Origin: Mustelus asterias
Lineage: Eukaryota
Direction: 5' to 3'
DNA length: 64,000 bases
NCBI RefSeq assembly: GCF_964213995.1
Contig: NW_027590388.1
Location: forward strand, 248,001-312,000
In this document: one piece after another, positions 24,278-37,111 of the stretch
Layout: the number at the start of each line of letters is the position of its first letter
How positions within the stretch are numbered: the stretch's first letter is position 1
Translations under genes and position numbers: made by a program
The notes under the pieces: generated by a model
Database searches by the model: none
Told to the model about the DNA's origin: nothing
Seen by the model: the letters and a program-made list of their open reading frames with translations, nothing else

Positions 24278-24665
24278 CTTCACCACAGACTCAAACTTCA
24301 CCACAGACTCAAACTTCACCACAGACTCAAACTTCACCACAGACTCAAACTTCACCACAGACTCAAACTTCACCACAGACTCAAACTTCACCACAGACTC
24401 AAACTTCACCACAGACTCAAACTTCACCACAGACTCAAACTTCACACACAGACTCAAACTTCACCACAGACTCAAACTTCACACACAGACTCAAACTTCA
24501 CCACAGACTCAAACTTCACACACAGACTCAAACTTCACACACAGACTCAAACTTCACCACAGACTCAAACTTCACACACAGACTCAAACTTCACCACAGA
24601 CTCAAACTTCACACACAGACTCAAACTTCACACAGACTCCAACTTCACCACAGACTCAAACTTCA
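24278..24665. repeat. 18-bp minisatellite with 17- and 19-bp variants, about 21 units
   Basis: Unit cttcaccacagactcaaa. Confidence 0.95.
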
Positions 24666-25117
24666 TCCTCTGGACAACATCTGTGAGGAAAACACTTTCT
24701 TTCTGCCCCTGGGAAATACAGAGACAGAGAAATTCTCTGGAACTGGAATTAGAGTCAAATATACTGAGGGAGAAATGTTTGTGATTTTGTGGAACCTGTT
24801 TTTATTGTCTGAGCTTTTTAAAGTGTAATTTATCCTGTCTATTCAAATACTGTTTCTTAATGCATGATTCAGTGATGTTAATTTTAGATTAATTTTTAAA
24901 GTAAAATTGTTTTAAAATGAAACATTGTCTTTGTTTATTCGATTGGGATTTGTGAGAATTTGTTTATTATAAGGTGACCATGAGGATCGTAACAACATTG
25001 ATATGTCTGGTGTTGTTATATGGTGTGGAGATGCCGGCGTTGGACTGGGGGAAACACAGTAAGAAGTTTAACAACACCAGGTTAAAGTCCAACAGGTTTA
25101 TTTGGTAGCAAAAGCCA

Positions 25118-25154
25118 CACAAGCTTTCGGAGCTCTAAGCCCCTTCTTCAGGTG
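25118..25154 (-). ncRNA. Minimal hammerhead ribozyme motif (PLE-associated)
   Basis: Reverse complement of 25981-26017. Confidence 0.7.
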
Positions 25155-25980
25155 AGTGGGAATTCTGTTCACAAACAGAGCACATAAAGACACAGACTCA
25201 ATTTACATGAATAATGGTTGGAATGCGAATACTTACAACTAATCAAGTCTTTAAGAAACAAAACAATGTGAGTGGAGAGAGCATCAAGACAGGCTAAAGA
25301 GATGTGTATTGTCTCCAGACAAGACAGCCAGTGAAACTCTGCAGGTCCACGCAACTGTGGGAGTTACAAATAGTGTGACATGAACCCAATATCCCGGTTG
25401 AGGCCATCGTCGTGTGTGCAGAACTTGGCTATCAGTTTCTGCTCAGCGACTCTGCGCTGTCGTGTGTCGCGAAGGCCGCCTTGGAGAACGCTTACCCGAA
25501 TATCAGAGGCCGAATGCCCGTGACCGCTGAAGTGCTCCCCAACAGGAAGAGAACAGTCTCGACAATCACCAGGCAAGACTGTTCTCTTCCTGTTGGGGAA
25601 CACTTCAGCGGTCACGGGCATTCGGCCTCTGATATTCGGGTAAGCGTTCTCCAAGGCGGCCTTCGCGACACACGACAGCGCAGAGTCGCTGAGCAGAAAC
25701 TGATAGCCAAGTTCCGCACACACGAGGACAGCCTCAACCGGGATATTGGGTTCATGTCACACGATTTGTAACTCCCACAGTTGCGTGGACCTGCAGAGTT
25801 TCACTGGCTGTCTTGTCTGGAGACAATACACATCTTTTTAGCCTGTCTTGATGCTCTCTCCACTCACATTGTTTTGTTTCTTAAAGACTTGATTAGTTGT
25901 AAGTATTCGCATTCCAACCATTATTCATGTAAATTGAGTCTGTGTCTTTATATGCTCTGTTTGTGAACAGAATTCCCACT

Positions 25981-26017
25981 CACCTGAAGAAGGGGCTTAG
26001 AGCTCCGAAAGCTTGTG
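25981..26017 (+). ncRNA. Minimal hammerhead ribozyme motif (PLE-associated)
   Basis: cac-CUGAAGA-a-ggggc/uuaga/gcucc-GAA-AGCU-U-gug. Confidence 0.75.
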
Positions 26018-26092
26018 TGGCTTTTGCTACCAAATAAACCTGTTGGACTTTAACCTGGTGTTGTTAAACTTCTTACGTTGTTATATGGTGCA

Positions 26093-26296
26093 CATGATGT
26101 AGAGATGCCGGTGTTGGACTGGGGTGGGCACAGTAAGAAGTCTCACAACACCTGGTTAAAGTCCAATGGGTTTATTTGGAATCACGAGCTTTCAGAGCGC
26201 TGCTCCTTCTCACCTGATGAAGGAGCAGCGCTCTGAAAGCTTGTGATTCCAAATAAACCTGTTGGACTTTAACCTGGTGTTGTGAGACTTCTTACT
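26093..26296. mobile_element. 204-bp non-coding hairpin derivative of the Penelope-like element
   Basis: Same catgatgt..gatgccgg terminus as the element at 48200; ~77-bp inverted arms; degenerate TSD at(a/g)tggtgca. Confidence 0.8.
26211..26245 (+). ncRNA. Minimal hammerhead ribozyme motif
   Basis: cac-CUGAUGA-a-ggagc/agc/gcucu-GAA-AGCU-U-gug. Confidence 0.7.
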
Positions 26297-26899
26297 ATGT
26301 GGTGCATAATGGGTATATTATTTATGGATTTGTATTACAGTTGATGTTGTTTAATTCCAGAATAGTATTGTAACTACTCTGTATATTTTCCAGTCAAAGA
26401 GTCATCAGAGCACAAGATAAATCAATTCAGCAGCTTGAGTCCGTGCCAAGTCTCTGTCGGGGAATCCACTCAGTGCCATTTTTCCTCGATATCCCTGTTC
26501 CCCAGTACGTTTCATTCCTTCAAGTGCCCGACCAATTTTATTTTGAAATCACTGGTCGTCTCCACTTCCACCACTCTCATCGTCAGCGAGTTCCAGAACA
26601 TGATTGCTTGCTCCCTAAGTCAAGTTCTTCCGCACCCACCTGTATCTCTAATCATGTAATAGAGTTCTGAATATTGCATACATTTTTAGTTCACTAAATA
26701 TGCAAATTTTTTATATGCTTAGACACGAGCCTGTGTGAAGATTTCAGGAATATGTGTCCTGTACATGAAACAGTCAGCACGGATCTGTCGATTAGGATGA
26801 ATCAGCACCCTCAGGACAATGTCTCTTTCAGGTCCAGCAAAGTGAGAATGGAGGGAGAGTGTTTGGGATGGAGATTTACAAATTTTCAAGAATGAGACG

Positions 26900-27270
26900 A
26901 AAGAATGTTCCACAGAAACGAGAATTGTCTGTTCTGAGTTTTTATCCTGTACTGACAGCAATGATTTTTGTGAATTTCTTTCACAGCCTATTAGAAGGGG
27001 AGAATTTACAGACACAAATCTCTGACGTTAGAATCTGACAGAGTCACACAATTATTCAGGATCTGAATACCATCGGCATTTGAAACTAGAATGGGAAATG
27101 TTTGTCTGTTCCTTCAAAGTGTTTAAACATCAGTGTGACTGGAAAATCACTGAGACACATCCACTCGAGTGAGAGTATTCCAGTGAACTGACTGTGGAAA
27201 GAGCTTTAACCAGTTACACAGTCTGGAAAAGATCGAAGGATTCACAGTGAGGAGAGTGGCCATGTATGTG
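26900..27270 (+). pseudogene. ZNF leader exon remnant (two dead fingers, body lost)
   Basis: Homologous to 11995-12370; acceptor tttcacag near 26987. Confidence 0.65.
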
Positions 27271-27488
27271 TTACCTGTTATTATGTTTGAGATATTAAAA
27301 AGAGTCAACACAATGTGTGAGTTTGACGCAAAGCTGATTTATTTGACTTTTAGTGAGAATATTAGCCCCTAAAGTGGCTGGGGTTTATTACCAGTGTAAA
27401 CGGACCCTAATGAAGATGGTTCAATCCTGAATGTGAAGAACAGCAACATCCAATCACTGTCGTTACTTGTGAACTCACTGGAGTCTCA

Positions 27489-28578
<1,090 letters not shown>

Positions 28579-28640
28579 GTTCCAAATCTGATGATATCAA
28601 AGTTACGATAAATTGAGCCACTCCGTCAGCTTCCCAACGG

Positions 28641-29406
28641 CAAACTCTCCCCTTCTAACACCCTGTAAAACTGATTTAAAACAGGAGACACGGAGTGAGA
28701 AAGAGAGAGCCCACAGAAACACACAGGCAGCTTGTCAAACTCTCCCCTTCTAACACCCTGTAAAACTGATTTAAAACAGGAGACACGGAGTGAGAGAGAG
28801 AGAGCCCACACAAACACACAGGCAGCTTGTCAAACTCTCCCATTCTAACACCCTGTAAAACTGATTTAAAACAGGAGACACGGAGTGAGAGAGAGAGAGC
28901 CCACAGAAACACACAGGCAGCTTGTCAAACTCTCCCCTTCTAACACCCTGTAAAACTGATTGAAAACAGGAGACACAGAGTGAGAGAGAGAGAGCCCACA
29001 CAAACACACAGGCAGCTTGTCAAACTCTCCCATTCTAACACCCTGTAAAACTGATTTAAAACAGGAGACACGGAGTGAGAGAGAGAGAGCCCACAGAAAC
29101 ACACAGGCAGCTTGTCAAACTCTCCCCTTCTAACACCCTGTAAAACTGATTTAAAACAGGAGACACGGAGTGAGAGAGAGAGAGCCCACAGAAACACACA
29201 GGCAGCTTGTCAAACTCTCCCCTTCTAACACCCTGTAAAACTGATTTAAAACAGGAGACACGGAGTGAGAGAGAGAGAGCCCACAGAAACACACAGGTAG
29301 CTTGTCAAACTCTCCCCTTCTAACACCCTGTAAAACTGATTTAAAACAGGAGACTCGGAGTGAGAGAGAGAGAGCCCACACAAACACACAGGCAGCTTGT
29401 CAAACT
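28641..29406. repeat. 95-bp tandem repeat, 8 units plus 6 bp, each carrying the Z7 splice acceptor on the minus strand
   Basis: caaact recurs every 95 bp from 28641 to 29401; minus strand reads ...gttttaaatcagttttacag|ggtgttagaa. Confidence 0.93.
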
Positions 29407-29869
29407 GATCTGAATGAATCTGGGAATTTGTGGGGCCGGCGCTGAGAAACATTGACCATGAAAACTGCCGGATTGTCACAAAAACCCAACTGGCCTCAAT
29501 GGGAGGAGAGAGAAGGAGGTGAAGGAGAGGGATTTTGTATTTCTACAAGACATATTAAGAGAGTAATTAGCAAAGCAAATTTGACCCCGAGCTTCATAAA
29601 GTGTGATATTGGTCTATAAACAGGGAAGTTATTCTGAATATTTATAAAGCTCTGGTCACCGCTCTTCAGGAAGGATATAAAGATCCTTGAGAAGGTGCAG
29701 AGGAGATTTACCAGAATGGTTCCAGTAAAGGAGGTTGAGGGGAGATTTGATTCAGGTACACAAGATTCTGACAGGTTTCGATCAGGTGGATAAAGAAAAT
29801 CTGTTTCCATTTGCTGATCGTACAAGGGCCAGGGGGACAGATTTAAGGTTTTGGGTAAAACCTTGATTG

Positions 29870-32009
29870 AACATAAGAACATAAGAAATAGGAGCAGGAG
29901 TAGGCCATCTCGCCCCTCGAGCCTGCCCCGCCATTCAATAAGATCATGGCTGATCTGACGTGGATCAGTTCCACTTACCCGCCTGATCCCCATAACCCTT
30001 AATTCCCTTACCGATCAGGAATCCATCCATCCGCGCTTTAAACATATTCAGCGAGGTAGCCTCCACCACCTCAGTGGGCAGAGAATTCCAGAGATTCACC
30101 ACCCTCTGGGAGAAGAAGTTCCTCCTCAACTCTGTCTTAAACCGACCCCCCTTTATTTTGAGGCTGTGTCCTCTAGTTTTAACTTCCTTACTAAGTGGAA
30201 AGAATCTCTCCGCCTCCACCCTATCCAGCCCCCGCATTATCTTATAAGTCTCCATAAGATCCCCCCTCATCCTTCTAAACTCCAACGAGTACAAACCCAA
30301 TCTCCTCAGCCTCTCCTCATAATCCAAACCCCTCATCTCCGGTATCAACCTGGTGAACCTTCTCTGCACTCCCTCCAATGCCAATATATCCTTCCTCATA
30401 TAAGGGGACCAATACTGCACACAGTATTCCAGCTGCGGCCTCACCAATGCCCTGTACAGGTGCATCAAGACATCCCTGCTTTTATATTCTATCGTAAGAA
30501 GTTTAACAACACCAGGTTAAAGTCCAACAGGTTTATTTGGTAGCAAAAGCCACACAAGCTTTCGAGGCTCTGAGCCCCTTCTTCAGGTGAGTGGGAATTC
30601 TGTTCACAAACAGAACTTATAAGACACAGACTCAATTTACATGAATAATGGTTGGAATTGCGTCTCATTTTGCGTTTTCCAATCAACCGGCACTACCCCA
30701 GAATGCAACGAGTTTTGATAAATAATCACTAACGCATCCACTATTACCTCTGACATTTCTTTCAATACCTTGGGATGCATTCCATCCGGACCCGGGGACT
30801 TGTCTACCCAGCACTGCCTCTCTGGTAACATTATATTCTATCCCCCTCGCAATATAGGCCAACATCCCATTTGCCTTCTTGATCACCTGTTGTACCTGCA
30901 GACTGGGCTTTTGCGTCTCATGCACAAGCACCCCCAGGTCCCTTTGCACGGTAGCATGTTTTAATTTGTATCCATTGAGATAGTAATCCCATTTGTTATT
31001 ATTTCCTCCAAAGTGTATAACCTCGCATTTATCAACGTTATACTCCATTTGCCATATCCTCGCCCACTCACTCAGCCTGTCCAAATCTCTCTGCAGATCT
31101 TCTCCGTCCTCCACACGATTCACTTTTCCACTTATCTTTGTGTCGTCTGCAAACTTTGTTACCCTACACTCCGTCCCCTCCTCCAGATCATCTATATAAA
31201 TGGTAAATAGTTGCGGCCCGAGTACCGATCCCTGCGGCACGCCACTAGTTACCTTCCTCCAACCGGAAAAACACCCATTTATTCCGACTCTTTGCTTCCT
31301 GTCGGATAGCCAGTCCCCAATCCACTTTAACACACTATCCCCAACTCCGTGTGCCCTAATCGTCTTCAGCAGCCTTTTATGGGGCACCCTATCAAACGCC
31401 TTTTGGAAATCCAAAAACACCGCATCCACCGGTTCTCCTCCATCAACCGCCCTAGTCACATCTTCATAAAAATCCAACATGTTCGTCAAGCACGACTTTC
31501 CCCTCATGAATCCATGCTGCGTCTGATTGATCGAACCATTTCTATCCAGATGCCCTGCTATCTCCTCTTTAATAATGGATTCCAGCATTTTCCCTACTAC
31601 AGACGTTAAGCTGACCGGCCTATAGTTACCCGCCTTTTGTCTCCTTCCTTTTTTAAACAGCGGCGTAACATTAGCCGTTTTCCAATCAACCGGCACTACC
31701 CCAGAATGCAACGAGTTTTGATAAATAATCACTAACGCATCCACTATTACCTCTGACATTTCTTTCAATACCTTGGGATGCATTCCATCCGGACCCGGGG
31801 ACTTGTCTACCCAGCACTGCCTCTCTGGTAACATTAATTGTATTAAGTATTTCTCCTGCTGCCAACCCTCTATCGTTAATATTTGGCAAACTATTTGTGT
31901 CCTCCACCGTGAAGACCGACACAAAAAATTTATTTAAAGACTCAGCCATATCCTCATTTCCCACTATTAACTCCCCCCTCTCGTCCTCCAAGGGTCCAAC
32001 ATTCACTCT
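29870..32009 (-). mobile_element. Young CR1 LINE ORF2 with RT domain, interrupted at 30494-30830
   Basis: NYRPVSLTS, FLDFQKAFD, GVPQGSVLGP, FADDTK motifs; (ttcttatg)n tail. Confidence 0.93.
30494..30657 (-). mobile_element. Penelope-like 3' fragment with hammerhead motif (30553-30589)
   Basis: Near-identical to 25059-25222; TSD ttatattctatc at 30482 and 30831 flanks a composite insert. Confidence 0.82.
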
Positions 32010-32378
32010 ACCATTCACCATACAAGATCCTGAGGGGACTTGACAGGGTGGATGTGGAAAGGACATTTCCTCTTGTGGGAGAATTTTAAACTCGGCACCA
32101 CAAACTAAGGGGTCACCCGTCTAAATTAGAGATGAGGATTTTTTTTCTCAAAGGATTGTGAGACTTTGGAATATTCTTCCTGCAAAGGTGGTTGAGGCAG
32201 AGTCCTGAATATCTTACAGCAGAGGTGGATAGGTTCTTGATAAGCAAGGAGGTGGAAGGTTATCGGGAGTAGGCAGGAACGTGAAGTTGAGATTAAAATG
32301 AGATCAGCCACAATCTTACTGAATGGGAGAGCGGGGCCGAGTGGCCGACTGCTGCTCCTAATTTGTATGTAAACAGTT

Positions 32379-32445
32379 GTTTCTGTCGTGTTATCACGTT
32401 CGCTTCACACGCGAAATGTGCCCGGTTCGAAATCGGGCCGAAACA
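32379..32445 (+). tRNA. tRNA-Val(CAC) pseudogene
   Basis: Matches the vertebrate Val-CAC sequence (ttatcacgttcgc.tcacacgcgaaa...ccggttcgaaa.cgggc.gaaaca) but lacks ~6 nt of the D arm/A box and has stem mismatches. Confidence 0.8.
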
Positions 32446-32537
32446 CTGTTGGATCTTTCTCATTAAACATGAGCAAAGTCTACATGATTGCTCAACATTT
32501 TGCGAATCTCAATGTTACATCAACTCAAATGCTTCTT

Positions 32538-33290
32538 TACAGTAAATGGCAGAACCCTTAAGGGTATTGATAGGCAGAGGGATCTGGGTGTACAGGCACA
32601 CAGGTTACTGAAAGTGGCAACGCAGGTGGAGAAGGTAGTCAAGAAGGCAAATAGCGTGCTTGTCTTCATCGGCTGGGGCATTGAGATTAAAAATTGGCAA
32701 GTAATATTGCAGCTATATAGAACCTTGGTTAGGCCACACTTGGAATATAGTGTTAAATTCTGGTCGCCACACTACCAGAAGGATGTGGAGGCTTTGGAGA
32801 AGGTACAGAAAAGATTTATCAGGATGTTGCCTGGTATGGAGGGCATTAGCTATGAGGAGGGGTTGAAGAAACTTGGTTTATTCTCACTGGAACGACGGAG
32901 GTTGAGGGATGACCCGATACAAGTCTACAAGATTATGAGGGGCATGGATAGAGTGGATAATCAGAAGCTTTTTCCCAGGGTGGAAGAGTCAATTATTAGG
33001 GGTCACAGGTTTAGGTGCGAGGGGCAAGTTTTAAAGGAAATGTACGAGGCAAGTTTTTTTACACAGAGGGTGGTGGGTGCTTGGAACTCACTGCCGGGTG
33101 AGGTAGTGGAAGCAGATCTGATAGTGACTTTTAAGGGGTGTCTTGACAAATACATGAATAGGATGGGAATAGCGGGATATGGTCCCTGGAAGGGTAGGGG
33201 GTTTTAGTTCAGTCAGGCAGCAAGGTGATGCAGGCTTGGAGGGCCAAAGGGCCTGTTCCTGCACTATAATTTTCTTTGTTCTTTGTTTTG
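32538..33290 (+). mobile_element. CR1 3' fragment (older CR1 pieces at 32010-32370 and 33300-33540)
   Basis: LVRPHLEYSVKFWSP and FFTQRVVGAWNSLP; (tctttgt)n tail. Confidence 0.88.
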
Positions 33291-33679
33291 TTCTTTAGTA
33301 CAGGAGATGTGAGGAAGAGTGTTTTTAGACAGTGAGTGCGAATGACCCAAAACTTGCTGCCCATGATTGGGGTGGAAATGGACATGATGAATAATTTCAA
33401 AAGGAAATTGGATAGACATTGGAGGAAAAGAAATCTGCAAAGATATGAGGATAGAGCAGGGGAATGGGACTGGATTGCTCTAGGCAGATGACATGGACTC
33501 AATGGGCCAAATGGCCTCCTCTGTGCTATAATGACTTCCTGTAATCTCACCTTGTGATTTAACCTGGGGAGTTCAAATATCACTCAGGCAAATCTGTGCT
33601 ACACTCCCTCCAAAGCCATTCTGTCCTTCCTAAGGTATGTTGCTCAGAACCAAGCACAGTTCTCCAGGATTTGTGAATC

Positions 33680-33920
33680 TCAGGGCTTTTCCAGTCACAC
33701 TGAGACCTGAAATCTTCTCTCTCAGACAGAATCGACAAACCTGTTACCTTCCACATTCAGAAGCTGCTGATATCCAGGTCCTGATTTTTTCGAGTGACTC
33801 CGTCAGATCACGATGTGATGTTTGATTTGTGTTTCGCGTCTGTCAAGTCTCCACTTCCAGCACCCTGTAAATTTACAGAAACCATCACTGTCTGTCCAGG
33901 ATAGAAATTCACAACATTCT
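33680..33920 (-). pseudogene. ZNF leader exon remnant
   Basis: gtcagatc..gatgtgatgtttga and ccctgtaaa...ccaggatagaaattc are homologous to the other ZNF acceptor regions. Confidence 0.55.
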
Positions 33921-34814
33921 CTACTCCATAATCGCCAACTGTGATTAAATGTATTCCTGGAGGTTTTATCACATCTTTTATGTTGCCCCCATCCTCCAAC
34001 CTCATTCCACACTGCCTTCCTAGGCCAATTGGAAAGCAAAAAGACTCATCACGTTACAGGACGATTGATGGTCAACCAAACAACTTTTATCTTTTGTCAA
34101 TATTTTAATACCCAGTGAAGAGAAATATTCAAACGAAATTACAAAAAAGTATATTTTTTAATGTCCAGACAATTTTCCAGAGATGCAGGTTTGAATCCCA
34201 CAGTTCAAAGATGTGTAGATTAGGTGGATTAGCTATGCTAAATGTACAGGGTTACAGGGATAGGGCTGGATGGTGGGCCAAATGGCTTCCTTCTGCACTG
34301 TGGGGATTCTATGATCCTATGGTACGGTGAATTTTGAATATAATTAAAATCTGGAACTAAAAGCCTACTGATAACCATGAAACCATTGTTCGTTGTTGTA
34401 AAAACCCATCTAGTTCACTAATGTCTTTGAGGGAAGGTAATCTGCTCTCCTTACCTGGTCTGGCTTATATGTGACTCCAGATCCACAGCAATGTGGTTGA
34501 CTCTTAAAACGTCCTCTGAAACTTAGTTCAAGGACAAATAGGAATGGGTGATGAATGCTGGCCCAGCCAGGGACACCCACAGTGTGAATGAATTAGGAAA
34601 AATATCTGCCATCCTTACCCGGTCTGGTCTAACTATATATCAAGAGCAATGTGGTTGACTCTTAAAATGCCCTGAGATGGCCAAGCAAACCACTCAGTTC
34701 AAGGACAATTAGGGATAGACAATAAATGTTGGCCTAGTCAGCAATTTCCACATTCCCTGGACAAATAAAAAATTCCTGGAGACTTCAGTCCAATCCGGGA
34801 GAGTTGGTAACCGG

Positions 34815-35190
34815 TCCAGGCTCATAGCGCATGCGCCCTGCTGCACATTGTTCCTGTAAAGATGGCGGCCGCTAACCCGGGCCTGGAGTCGCTCAGCTCC
34901 GACTCTATTCGGTACCGATTGAAGCGATACCGGGAACATGTTATCTGAATTAAGGCATCCACTAGGTATTTATGAAGCCTCCCAGCCCACTCCGCTGCTT
35001 CTGTCCCTCCCCGGTCACCCAGCGGCTCCATTACTGAACCTCACTCCATTGTTTCTTTCCGGCTCCTCGCAGCTCCAGTCACAGTCCGGACTGCGCATGC
35101 TCCGGTCAGAGCCAGGTCCTGCGCTTGCGCAATAATTGCAGTAATGTGGATAGGGCACAGTCTCACCCGCAGAGAATGTTGGGTAATCAC
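34815..35190. promoter_or_regulatory. CpG promoter module P4, homologue of P2 in the opposite orientation
   Basis: gcgcatgcgc, YY1 aagatggcggc, donor tag|gtattt near 34965, NRF1 pair tgcgcatgctc...tgcgcttgcgc, ZNF143-like gaatgttgggtaa. Confidence 0.65.
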
Positions 35191-35799
35191 CTCACCATTC
35201 AAACCCATATTGTTCAATAGAAAATACGATTTGCGATCTGATTATGATTGGTACCATTGGGCCAAGGTTCAAATGTGTTACTTCAATTCATTTGGCAACT
35301 AAGCAGCATAGGCCTTCCAGCACATTTCTGTCCTGGGTGTGATTGACAACATAACAATCACCTGCATTTAGATGTGAACTCGCTGGGGTGAACAAGTGAT
35401 TTGTGCCCTCTTGGACAGAACAGTTAAACTATCCCTCGCCAATAAGAGGGGTAGTTAAAATGCTTTGAGCTTTTAAAGTTATAGATTGTTAACCACTGAG
35501 GAAATCCCTTTGCGAACGTTAAGTGTTTGAGTGGTCTTCCTCTGGTGTAATTGTGCTGTTCTATCGGTAAATGGGATGACTGAGTCAATTTTCACATTCA
35601 GCTGGGAAATAATTTGTTGATGGTGGGATTTAATCCAAAGGTTTACAGCTTGGACGGGAATCTCAAAAATTGGGCAAAAAATGCTGGTCTTGCCAGCAAT
35701 GCCCACACCCCACGAATTATTATTATTTTTAAACAGTTCCTTTTGAAGTGCTCTCCATCTCCCTGTCTCCTTCTTCCTCAAAGCATCAAACTTAAGGGA

Positions 35800-36692
35800 A
35801 AAGCATATAGCTACACAGAGGTGAGTGACAGGTCAGATGATTGGCTGGAATATAAAGAACAGTAGAGAATTACTAAAAGGTTAATTGGAAGAAAAATATT
35901 AGAGTATGAGAGGAAGTTAGCTGTTAAAGTAAAAATGAATAGCAAGAGTTTCTAGAGGTATTCGAAAAGGAAAAGAGGAATAAGGTGAGTGTTGGCTCTC
36001 TGGAGAATGAGAATGGGGAGTAATAATAGATAATAAATGGCCAATGAAATAAACAAATCTTTCATAGAAATCATAGAAACCCTACAGTACAGAAAGAGGC
36101 CATTCGGCCCATCGAGTCTGCACCGACCACAATCCCACCCAGGCCCTACCCCCATATCCCTGTTTCTGTCTTCACTATAGAAAATACAAAACCAGCCAGT
36201 CCTCGCTGTAAATCAGGAGGTGGAAGGGGGAGAGGAACTAGGAGAAATTACAATGACGTGGGAAGCTGTACTGAGCAAACTGATGGAGCTGCGGCTGACA
36301 AGTCTCTGGGTCACGATGGAATTCATCCTAGCATCTTAAGAAGGTGGTTAATGAGATAGTGACAGTAGATTTGTTGGTGTTAATTTTCCAAAGTTCCCTA
36401 GATTCTGGAGAGGTTCCATCAGACTGGAAAGTAGCAAATATAAGCCCTCCAATTCAAGAACGGATGGTGGCATAAGACAGGAAATCTAGGCCAGTTCGTT
36501 AGACATTTGTTGTGGGGAAGATGTTAGAATCAATCATTAAGAACCTAAGAACATAAGAAATAGGAGCAGGAGTAGGCCATCTAGCCCCTCGAGCCTGCCC
36601 CGCCATTCAATAAGATCATGGCTGATCTGAAGTGGATCAGTTCCACTTACCCCCCTGATCCCTATAACCCCTAATTCCCTTACCGATCAGGA
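35800..36692. mobile_element. Decayed CR1 ORF2 (+) with an inserted SINE tail, followed by a CR1 3' tail (-, 36541-36692)
   Basis: Remnant NSKSF.RY...KR and DKSLGHDGIHP motifs; tail nearly identical to 29870-30022. Confidence 0.65.
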
Positions 36693-36873
36693 ATTCACAC
36701 AGGTGAGAGGCCATTTCAATGTTCTGACTGTAAGAAGAGCTTTAAAACCAGGACAAATTTGAGAAAACACCAGCGAGTCCATTCTGGGGAGAAGCCGTTC
36801 ACCTGCCCTGTGTGTGGCAAAGGATTCAATCGTCCATCCAGCCGTCTGTCACACCAGAGAGTTCACATGTGAT
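36692..36873 (+). pseudogene. ZNF 3' remnant (two fingers, 5' part lost)
   Basis: [58 protein letters not shown], followed by the family 3' UTR. Confidence 0.78.
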
Positions 36874-37111
36874 TACCGAGGTTGGATTCTGCTGTTATTG
36901 CACCCAGGACTGAACCATGTTCATTCTGACAGTTCAGGTTTATTTCAGTTGATATTAAACTCCAGTCCAGTTAAAGAGATGAATAGAATGAATATGATTG
37001 CGTTAAATACAGTGTATGTGTCCTTGATTTTTCCATGATAAGAGGAGACTGACTGATGTCCTGTTATCGACTGTCCCATTGTTGGGTATTTTCTCCTTTG
37101 TTAATGGAAAA

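Larger units (their letters stand above)
25026..26076. mobile_element. Fold-back Penelope-like element: 501-bp inverted arms (25059-25559 and 25576-26076), 16-bp spacer
   Basis: Arms encode a GIY-YIG C-terminus (PVGEHFSGHGH...RRVAEQKLIAKF...LNRD); TSD gttgttatatggtg at 25012-25025 and 26077-26090. Confidence 0.88.

Noticed and set aside
23311-24457. GC-rich and repeat ORFs (163, 177 and 116 aa)
   Set aside because: Expected in a CpG island and tandem repeats; no domain features
25059-26076. DNA transposon with long TIRs
   Set aside because: The arms encode a PLE GIY-YIG C-terminus and a hammerhead motif, with an asymmetric tail and no transposase
28626-29479. Series of 78-aa ORFs MF(L/V)WALSLSLRVSCF
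   Set aside because: Frame-rotating translations of the 95-bp repeat with non-ATG starts
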